From the NCBI GenBank assembly GCA_000025185.1, contig CP001848.1:2700001-2732000 (forward strand): a stretch of DNA of 32,000 nucleotides. Direction: 5' to 3'. The stretch comes from Pirellula staleyi DSM 6068. GTDB taxonomy: Bacteria > Planctomycetota > Planctomycetia > Pirellulales > Pirellulaceae. Shown here piece by piece: positions 25,413 to 32,000 of the stretch. Every line of letters starts with the position of its first letter. Position 1 is the first letter of the stretch. Made by a program: the position numbers and the translations under genes. Under the pieces are notes generated by a model. The model worked only from the letters and a program-made list of their open reading frames with translations. It searched no databases and was not told where the DNA came from.

Positions 25413-27293
25413 TTGTCCCGCACTAGTGGTATTTCAGCCGCGATCTTGATCAGAATAGATAGAGTGACAGTGGCGGAGCGAACCAAGTTCGCTTGCAGCC
25501 GCTGCAGTCATCGGCTGATGGAAGAGGCACCATCGGCTGGGCTTTCTGCCAAGGCTCCGCGCGAATGGAAACCACCCGCTGTGGCCACCGCATCGAACGA
25601 TCCATCACGAATTCCTTGCCCGCACTGCGGTGCGGCGATCAAGGCGGCTCATCTTCCTGTCGGAGCCAGTTGCACCTGCCCACGTTGTGGCAAAGCATTT
25701 ACGGTGGGTGGGGGGCAAAGTAGTCCGCCGGCAACGCCGGCAGCGAAGCCTGTTGCGACGCCTCCAGCCAAGATGCAACCAGCGGCGAGCGAGCCGGCTC
25801 CTTTGCCGAAGATCGAGCGTCCGGATGAAGGGGTGATTCGTCAGCTTGCCGAGCAAGCCCAGCCACTGCCGATGCCGATCAGTGCACCTCCTCCCAAGCC
25901 GAAGCCGCAACTGATTGCAGTCGTTTGCAAACTTTGTCAGACCCGCATGTATGCCAAACTGTCGCAAGCGGGTGGGACGATGCGCTGTCCTGACTGCCAT
26001 TCGCTTTGCGATATTCCTGTTCCGCCAGCGCCCAAGAAACCGGTTAAGCCTGCGGAGGATGACGACTTTTACAGTGTCGCGCCGCTGAGTCCCGCTGAAA
26101 ACAACGCAGCAATGCTGCGCGACTTAGAGATCGCCGCGTCTTTGCCTCCGGAACTCCATTTGGCGGTTCAGCCGAGCACGACCCCACCCGCGATTGACCT
26201 GCAGCGCGAGATACGTCAGCAACAGGCCGAGCCAGCTCAGCGCACCAGCGCGAGCCCTGCCGTACCAGCCGCGAGCGCCGAAGATGACGAAGAAGATCTC
26301 GATGCCGAAATTCGTCTGGAAGCGCCGGTCGAGCGAATCGAAATAACCCCCGCGCTGGTCGTTCGGACAAACCTCGATAGCCTGGTCCCCGAGCCGTCAA
26401 CGTATCGCGACGACGACTGGGTGCGTCCTGTGGCCGCAGGAGAGCGAACTTATTTCGAGCGGAGTCCCCTCACCATCGGGATCTTCGAGTTCCTGGTGTT
26501 GCCCGAAACCGTCGTCCGACTCCTCATGCATATCGTATGGGGATCGGTCGCGCTGTCGCTGGCTCAGCTTGCGGTGATCTATGCGTATCGGGGCGCGGAA
26601 TCACTGCTGGCCATTTTGTTTGTCCTTCTGTTTGCGGTGATTGGTGGGACATTCTGCTTGTCGCTCGCGGCCCAGATGCAGGCGATCGTCGAGGATACGG
26701 CCAACGGTACCGACCGGGTCGAGAATTGGCCCTCGCCGAATTTGTTCGAGTGGATGTTCGACTCAATGTCGCTTTGCCTTCACGTGGCAATTGCTGCCGC
26801 TCCGGGAATTGGCATCACGATCATGTTCTTCACTTCGTCGCTCTACAACGAAGACCTGCCCTTTAAGTCGGTCGCACTATTTCCGATCGTCATTAGCGCC
26901 GCTCTGCTTTTGCCACCGATCCTTTTCAGTACAGCCGCCGAAGGAAATATGTTTGCGCTCGTTTCGCCGCAGCTGTTTCGAAGTTTTCAGTCGACCGGCG
27001 ACGGCTGGATGCTGTTTTACTTCGAAACGTTCTTGCTGATCTTGGGATCGCTTTTGTCGATTAGCTTCGTCGAGTTCCACACAGTCTATCTGGCACCGCT
27101 GGTGACGACTGGGCTGCTAATCATGATATTTCTCTACTTCCGCCTGCTTGGCCGCGTGATGTGGATGGCGGGACGCAACGATGGCGTGGTGGTCGCGCGC
27201 GACCGTGAGAAGTCGGCTGATGCAGGGAGCAAAGCGGGCGGAAAACCGGCTAGTGGCGAGCGTGGACAATCGCGCCCCCGCGTCCCTGTCTAA
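25413..27293 (+). CDS. zinc-ribbon (MJ0042-type CxxC) repeat protein with Pro-rich linkers and C-terminal polytopic membrane domain
   Basis: CSRCSHRL; CPHCGAAIKAAHLPVGASCTCPRCGKAF; CKLCQTRMYAKLSQAGGTMRCPDCHSLC. Then about 6-7 TM helices from about 26470. The true start may be GTG 25464 or 25470 rather than TTG 25413. Confidence 0.75.
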   Translation: MSRTSGISAAILIRIDRVTVAERTKFACSRCSHRLMEEAPSAGLSAKAPREWKPPAVATASNDPSRIPCPHCGAAIKAAHLPVGASCTCPRCGKAFTVGGGQSSPPATPAAKPVATPPAKMQPAASEPAPLPKIERPDEGVIRQLAEQAQPLPMPISAPPPKPKPQLIAVVCKLCQTRMYAKLSQAGGTMRCPDCHSLCDIPVPPAPKKPVKPAEDDDFYSVAPLSPAENNAAMLRDLEIAASLPPELHLAVQPSTTPPAIDLQREIRQQQAEPAQRTSASPAVPAASAEDDEEDLDAEIRLEAPVERIEITPALVVRTNLDSLVPEPSTYRDDDWVRPVAAGERTYFERSPLTIGIFEFLVLPETVVRLLMHIVWGSVALSLAQLAVIYAYRGAESLLAILFVLLFAVIGGTFCLSLAAQMQAIVEDTANGTDRVENWPSPNLFEWMFDSMSLCLHVAIAAAPGIGITIMFFTSSLYNEDLPFKSVALFPIVISAALLLPPILFSTAAEGNMFALVSPQLFRSFQSTGDGWMLFYFETFLLILGSLLSISFVEFHTVYLAPLVTTGLLIMIFLYFRLLGRVMWMAGRNDGVVVARDREKSADAGSKAGGKPASGERGQSRPRVPV

Positions 27294-27312
27294 GGCCGGT
27301 TTCGATCTAGTT

Positions 27313-27329
27313 CACTTGCTGAGCAAGTG
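27313..27329. terminator. small hairpin in the 47-nt gap between convergent genes
   Basis: cacttgc-tga-gcaagtg is a 7-bp perfect stem with a 3-nt loop and no U-tract. Confidence 0.2.
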
Positions 27330-27340
27330 TCGCGCTGGTG

Positions 27341-28414
27341 TTAGTCGCACGCCGAGTAGCGCAGGATGCACCACAGCGTGCTGAAGAGATCTTTGATGCC
27401 GATTTTCTTCCCTTCAGCATAGCTGCGGGGGGAGTAGCTGATCGGCACTTCCCGAATCCGGAAGCGGCGGCGAGCGAGCTTCGCTGTCACTTCGGGCTCG
27501 AAGCCAAAGCGATTCTGCTCGATCTCAAAACAGCGAAGCACTTCCGGGCGAAACGCCTTGTAGCATGTTTCCATGTCGGTCAGCTTCAGCCCCGTCACCA
27601 GATTCGAAAGGCCGGTGAGGGTTGCGTTTCCGAGCCGATGAATCAGCGATGGATCGTGCGGTTTTTCGTGCAAGAAGCGGCTGCCGTAGACCACATCAGC
27701 TTCGCCGGCGACGATGGGGCGCAGCAGTGGCAGCATGTCGCGCGGATGATATTCGAGGTCGGCATCCTGCACCACCACCACATCACCTGTCACGCGGCGA
27801 AAGCCGGTTCGTAGTGCGGCCCCTTTCCCTTCGTTCTTCGGTTTGAAAATGATGTGCACCCCCGGCATGGTGTCGAGTTCTTTCAGGAGCTTCGTCGTGC
27901 CATCGGTACTGGCATCGTCGACGATAATCACTTCCTTCTCGACCGGAAGTTCCAGCACCCGCGCTAGCACTTCGCGAATCGTCTGCTTCTCGTTGTAGAC
28001 CGGAATCACCACGCTCAAACGAAATCCTGCAGGAAGCGGCGCGTCGGCAGTGTCCATGGTGTGCTTCTCGTCGCTGGCAAGCATGGCCGACAACCTCTGA
28101 ATTTCTTCGATTTGCTGATTCATGCTTTCAAACACTTCGGGTTTGGCAGGCGACGGATCGTTATTTAGTTCTTGCTTGAGCAATTGCTGAACCTCATCAA
28201 AGGTGGCAAAGATTTCGTGTGTGGAGCGAGCGTGAGGAACCTGCAGATCGAAATCGAGATTCGGGGAAGCTTCGGAATCGAGATCTCCAAACAGGCCTCG
28301 CTGATAGCGCTTGGGATTCGGTCGTGCCGGTTGCCAATCGCGCGACTTCTGCGGCGGACCCTCGAGCAAATCGGAGTCGATCGCGATATCGTCGATCATC
28401 GAGGTCGCTGACAT
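27341..28414 (-). CDS. family 2 glycosyltransferase (polyprenol-phosphate sugar synthase-like) with about 125-aa low-complexity N-terminal extension
   Basis: LSVVIPVYNEKQTI...VIIVDDASTDGT...KNEGKGAALRTG...VVVQDADLEY is the GT2 DPM1/ArnC-like core. I use ATG 28414; the longer start at 28507 would overlap the upstream gene by 61 nt. Confidence 0.85.
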   Translation of the reverse strand: MSATSMIDDIAIDSDLLEGPPQKSRDWQPARPNPKRYQRGLFGDLDSEASPNLDFDLQVPHARSTHEIFATFDEVQQLLKQELNNDPSPAKPEVFESMNQQIEEIQRLSAMLASDEKHTMDTADAPLPAGFRLSVVIPVYNEKQTIREVLARVLELPVEKEVIIVDDASTDGTTKLLKELDTMPGVHIIFKPKNEGKGAALRTGFRRVTGDVVVVQDADLEYHPRDMLPLLRPIVAGEADVVYGSRFLHEKPHDPSLIHRLGNATLTGLSNLVTGLKLTDMETCYKAFRPEVLRCFEIEQNRFGFEPEVTAKLARRRFRIREVPISYSPRSYAEGKKIGIKDLFSTLWCILRYSACD

Positions 28415-28446
28415 AGGGAATCTCTCTGCAATCGTTCCGGGGTGAA

Positions 28447-30231
28447 CTATTCGTCGCTTGCCAGTTGGGTGCTGGAATTCTTTCGGTAGGGAAAAATTGC
28501 TGGCCACGGATGATCACCCTGCTGTTTGGTCTCGGTGATCGAGCGTCGATTCTCGGCCAGATAGTAGGGACTCGTGGGAAGGTCGTAGCGAGCTTTGCGC
28601 CCCCACAGTTGTGCGAGTTCGTCTTGATAGAGCAGGGTCCACTGATCGCGATGCGCGTGCATCACATCGACACTCGGTTCCTGCGAGCGATGAATCAGCA
28701 CAAGATCCGGATGCCCTTCCTTGAGCGACCGCGCGGGATCGTAGGGACCACTTGCGGGGTCGCGAAAACGTTGGTCGGGATGTGCTGGTCCGAGGATGAA
28801 ATCGAAATGCATATCGAGCATTTCTTGCGAGTAGCTGGTCCGACAGCGGCCATCGACTTGCACCAAAATACCGTCGGTACGACCGGGAGCAGGCCCCACA
28901 GCAGCCAGAACATACTGGGCCCAGTTGAAGGTGCACACCATGCGCCCGGTCAGACCTTGCTCGCTGATGTACTGCACGGCGGATACCGGAAAGACATGCT
29001 TTTGCACACGGAGGTTGGTGAGTCGCGTAGCGAGTTGGGTACTGCAAATCAGCAGGGCAATCGCCACACCGCAGGCAAGCGCGGCACGGCCGAAGCGATT
29101 CATGGAACCGGCCATCGATGTTTGATCGCGACCGATGCCGATCCGGGCACAAGCGGCTTGGAAAAGTCCCGGGAGCCAGAGCCCGACAGCGATGGTGAAG
29201 AACGAAGCGTGACGCAGATGCGACATTGCCTGCCAGAGTACCAACGCGAGCACGATTTGCTTGGCCCAGTCGCGCCGCGCGGGAGAGAGCGCGAGGCAAA
29301 TTGCGAACACAGCAATCAGCAGCAGGAAAGGATACATCTGCGGATCGCTGAAATCGGGGGCACGCCACTCGACGATTTCAGGGCGCGGTACTTTCAGGTC
29401 GTCGTAGAGCCAGCGGTGAAAACCGGGGCCGTAGGGATTGAGAAAGGTCGCGGTGCAGCTCGCCACGATCATCAGTCCGAAACGTAGCAGAAGGCCTTGT
29501 GCGGCGCGACCTTTCACCAGGATCGCTTCGACTGATCGCAAGCAGAGGATCGCAATGAGGACGCAGAGTCCAGCGAGAAATCCGCCGTGCGCGTTCGTCC
29601 AGGCGATCATCAAAAAGGGCAAAAGCCACAGTAGTCGCAAACGGAGTCCGCTGTAGTGAAGCGTGAAGCTTTCGCTCGGTGGTGTGGTGCCACGCAGGTA
29701 GGCCGTCACCTTCCTCAGCAGTAGTTCGTAACTAAAGTCCCACCCTTGAAAGGCTTCGTCGATGATGACGAGCATCAGCGTAAAGAAGACGTACGAGAAC
29801 AGTTGAGGACGCAGGCTCCAGTGGTTCCCGAGTCCAACGGCAACAAGCAACGTGAGAACAGCAGTGACCACGAGCCCCGCACCCTGCTTGCGACAGGCAC
29901 GAACGACGCAGAGCAGCACAAAGAGTGCGGCGAGTGCCTTGGAGACGAGCAGCAGCGTGCCGCCACCAGTGTCGTTGACGAGTGCGAGGGTGAATTCAGC
30001 AACAATTTCGTGATTGATCCAGGGATAGCCTTCCGCCAAGTAGCTGTAGGTGGTGGTGGCTGGGAGCCCACTCTGCAAGGCATCGTGACCATACTGAATA
30101 TGTCCCCACAGATCGGGATCGGCCACGTTCAGCGACATCGCCACGAGCCCCGCCATCACGACCACGACGAGCACTGCTCGGTCGAGATAGCGTGCCAGGA
30201 ACGATTCTTTCGTGCTGCTGGGCTGTGTCAT
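28447..30231 (-). CDS. polytopic membrane protein with GT-C-like architecture (candidate lipid-linked-sugar glycosyltransferase)
   Basis: 594 aa, with about 11-12 TM helices and a roughly 180-aa C-terminal soluble domain. The first extracytoplasmic loop carries NVADPDLWGHIQYG (a DxD-type acidic motif). It lies immediately upstream of and on the same strand as the GT2 gene, with a 32-nt gap. Confidence 0.7.
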   Translation of the reverse strand: MTQPSSTKESFLARYLDRAVLVVVVMAGLVAMSLNVADPDLWGHIQYGHDALQSGLPATTTYSYLAEGYPWINHEIVAEFTLALVNDTGGGTLLLVSKALAALFVLLCVVRACRKQGAGLVVTAVLTLLVAVGLGNHWSLRPQLFSYVFFTLMLVIIDEAFQGWDFSYELLLRKVTAYLRGTTPPSESFTLHYSGLRLRLLWLLPFLMIAWTNAHGGFLAGLCVLIAILCLRSVEAILVKGRAAQGLLLRFGLMIVASCTATFLNPYGPGFHRWLYDDLKVPRPEIVEWRAPDFSDPQMYPFLLLIAVFAICLALSPARRDWAKQIVLALVLWQAMSHLRHASFFTIAVGLWLPGLFQAACARIGIGRDQTSMAGSMNRFGRAALACGVAIALLICSTQLATRLTNLRVQKHVFPVSAVQYISEQGLTGRMVCTFNWAQYVLAAVGPAPGRTDGILVQVDGRCRTSYSQEMLDMHFDFILGPAHPDQRFRDPASGPYDPARSLKEGHPDLVLIHRSQEPSVDVMHAHRDQWTLLYQDELAQLWGRKARYDLPTSPYYLAENRRSITETKQQGDHPWPAIFPYRKNSSTQLASDE

Positions 30232-30534
30232 CGGGACTTCTCAGGGGAGTACATTCGAAACAGATCGCCTTGCATGGATCGCTGGAAATATAGGTTGCTC
30301 GAAAATGCAAACCGGGAGCTGGATTGGGCCAAGTTGAAAAGGTGGCGGGCCGGCGCAGCGAGGAAGTTCCGATTGCATCACTTGGACGGGTCGCACGGGC
30401 TCGCTAGGATTGTGTGCGATGAGTGTGCAGCAACTTCGCGAGGATTTCTCTTGTCGCGAGCGACGTGACTTGCCGCATCCGCCGATTTGTCCTTCCACAT
30501 CGACCTAGCACCGATAGTCAGCGAGATTTGCCGT

Positions 30535-31491
30535 ATGGATAGTCATTTGGAGATCGATGGGGTCTCGCTCAAATTGAGCCACCCCCACGACGCGACCGGC
30601 CAATGGATTGGTCAATACGAGGTTTTGGAGCAGCTGCTGGCATGTTGGTTGACGGTGGGGGACGAAGATCTGCCACTTACGCCTCGCTTAATCGGCTCGC
30701 CCGGTATCGGCAAAACCGCGCTGGCGATGGCAGGGGCCAAGCTCCGTCAGCAAGAGCTGTATATCTATCAGTGCACCGCCGATACGCGTCCCGAGGATCT
30801 GCTCGTCACGCCGGTGCTCGCCGAAAGTGGCAAGATTGCCTACCACGCTTCGCCGCTGGTTACTGCGATGATTCGTGGCGGTGTCTGTGTGCTCGACGAA
30901 GGAAACCGGATGAACGAAAAGTCGTGGGCCAGCTTGGCTCCACTTTTTGATCAGCGGCGTTACGTCGAATCGATCGTCGCGGGGATCACGATCAAAGCGC
31001 ACAAGAACTTTCGCTGCACCGTGACGATGAACCAGGACGAATCGACCTACGAGATTCCGGACTATATCCTCAGCCGACTTCAGCCGGGACTTGCACTCGG
31101 CTTTCCTGATCGGCAAGACGAGATGTCGATCCTGCAATATCACCTGCCCTTTGCCGAGCCAGAGATGCTGGCGCTGACCGTCGACTTTCTGCAGCGAGCG
31201 CACAGCTTGAAGCTCGATTTTTCGCCGCGCGATGGCATTAACATGCTCCGCTACGCGATCAAACGCCTGTCGCAAAAGAGCGATCATCCTCTTTCGCGCG
31301 ATGCAGCCTGGCGCGAGGCACTCGAGAAATGTCTCGGAGACGATGCCCTCGATCTCGATGCTGCCGCGCGACGTCGCAGCCGCACACTCGGTGATTCGCA
31401 AGTTCCACTGGGGCTCGGCGACTTCTTCTTCGATCCCGATGATCCGCTGCATCCCGATCGGATGGACGACGACGAGGACGACGATTCGTAA
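30535..31491 (+). CDS. AAA+ ATPase, AAA_5 / MoxR-CbbQ-NorQ-like
   Basis: Walker A GSPGIGKT, Walker [10 protein letters not shown], sensor-1-like CTVTMN. It has an acidic C-terminal tail ([11 protein letters not shown]). I use ATG 30535; an in-frame TTG at 30487 is also possible. Confidence 0.85.
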   Translation: MDSHLEIDGVSLKLSHPHDATGQWIGQYEVLEQLLACWLTVGDEDLPLTPRLIGSPGIGKTALAMAGAKLRQQELYIYQCTADTRPEDLLVTPVLAESGKIAYHASPLVTAMIRGGVCVLDEGNRMNEKSWASLAPLFDQRRYVESIVAGITIKAHKNFRCTVTMNQDESTYEIPDYILSRLQPGLALGFPDRQDEMSILQYHLPFAEPEMLALTVDFLQRAHSLKLDFSPRDGINMLRYAIKRLSQKSDHPLSRDAAWREALEKCLGDDALDLDAAARRRSRTLGDSQVPLGLGDFFFDPDDPLHPDRMDDDEDDDS

Positions 31492-31549
31492 TCGCTCCGT
31501 TCTCCTGTGCAGCTGACCAGCATCGTGTGACACCTCTGGTCAAGAAATG

Positions 31550-31589
31550 GCGATGCCCGACCAAATTCCGGAATTTGATCGGGCATTGC
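31550..31589. repeat. 40-nt near-perfect palindrome between convergent genes (terminator or operator candidate)
   Basis: gcg atgcccgaccaaattcc|ggaatttgatcgggcat tgc, a 34-nt core at 31553..31586 with a single mismatch (c31561/a31578), extended by 3 more pairs including one G.U. The centre is TTCCGGAA. Confidence 0.6.
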
Positions 31590-31704
31590 GATGGACAAGC
31601 CAAGGCGAGTGTCGGATTTTCGACAATCTCTGCCAGCTCCGTCGCCGGAACAATCGGACGAGCGGAGCTATCGAACCAAGGAGAGGGCCAACTTCGGCGT
31701 CTGC

Positions 31705-32000
31705 TTAGAAGCAGAACTCGAAGCCAGCGTAGCCACCGTGCAGCAGCAAGCTGCTATCGGAGTTGATGTAACCGGCTGCTTCCAGATTCTGGAAGTCAGC
31801 AGGAATTTGTTGGCTAGTGATACCCACACCACTCACACCCATCACTCGGTAACCGAAGTTGAAGGCGAAGTGTTGCGAGAACTGCCAGCGGGCACCAGCA
31901 TCGAGCTGAGCGATGAAGGCAACCGTGTCTTTCGAGCCTTTCACGGTGTAGTCGAGGCCACTGTTCACACCGTTGTTGATCGTGGCGTAGCCGTTCGAGC
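31705..32000 (-). CDS. outer-membrane beta-barrel protein, C-terminal fragment; 5' end lies beyond the window
   Basis: The frame is open to position 32000 (my translation upstream of the listed GTG reads ..SNGYATINNG-VNSGLDYTVKG..). It shows an alternating beta-strand pattern and a terminal ...LLLHGGYAGFEFCF with C-terminal Phe, typical of OMP barrels. It may be a planctomycete BBP7-type protein, which I cannot confirm. Confidence 0.7.
   Translation of the reverse strand, partial: SNGYATINNGVNSGLDYTVKGSKDTVAFIAQLDAGARWQFSQHFAFNFGYRVMGVSGVGITSQQIPADFQNLEAAGYINSDSSLLLHGGYAGFEFCF

Noticed and set aside
28415-28507. Longer start (28507) for the GT2 gene
   Set aside because: It would overlap the upstream gene's 3' end by 61 nt and adds a non-conserved-looking peptide. 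ATG 28414 leaves a 32-nt gap.
31259-31766. ORFs 31527..31766 (+) and 31259..31603 (-) containing the mirrored peptides KFRNLIGH and KFRNLVGH
   Set aside because: The mirrored peptides are an artefact of translating the 40-nt palindrome on both strands, and the rest of each ORF is not protein-like.
1-32000. Scan for CRISPR arrays, IS elements or transposases, integrases, phage genes, toxin-antitoxin pairs and known defence genes
   Set aside because: I saw no regularly spaced direct repeats, no terminal inverted repeats flanking a transposase-like ORF, and no nuclease, methylase or integrase-like translations. The window reads as core chromosome.

Overview
The window looks like core chromosome from a Planctomycetota (Pirellulales-like) genome, about 57% GC. 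This placement rests on a DUF1559 pseudopilin-like gene, many signal-peptide or lipoprotein hypotheticals, Pro/Ala-rich linkers, and long antisense shadow ORFs. I support 25 protein-coding genes, two of them truncated at the window edges, plus one tRNA-Arg(TCG). Confident housekeeping calls are ispG, ribBA, a CPA2 cation:proton antiporter, a GT2 glycosyltransferase, an AAA+ (MoxR/CbbQ-like) ATPase and a TolC-family outer-membrane protein. The remaining genes are secreted or membrane hypotheticals, some with recognisable domains: DUF11 repeats, CAP/SCP, LigD_N-like, DUF3299-like, EF-hand, MJ0042-type zinc ribbons and a GT-C-like polytopic protein. I found no CRISPR array, transposase, integrase, phage gene or recognisable defence gene, and no known riboswitch. 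I found no clear novel multi-gene system. The best leads are an orphan flavin-dependent-halogenase-like gene with all signature motifs directly upstream of the antiporter, and a lipoprotein with a duplicated CGC..QAL..G[KR]CCC cysteine module. Further leads are a GT2 plus GT-C-like pair, a DUF3299-like/CPFC periplasmic pair, a triple zinc-ribbon membrane protein, a 40-nt near-perfect palindrome between convergent genes, and two unusually long non-coding spacers. All functional calls come from reading the translations by eye. No database search was run.
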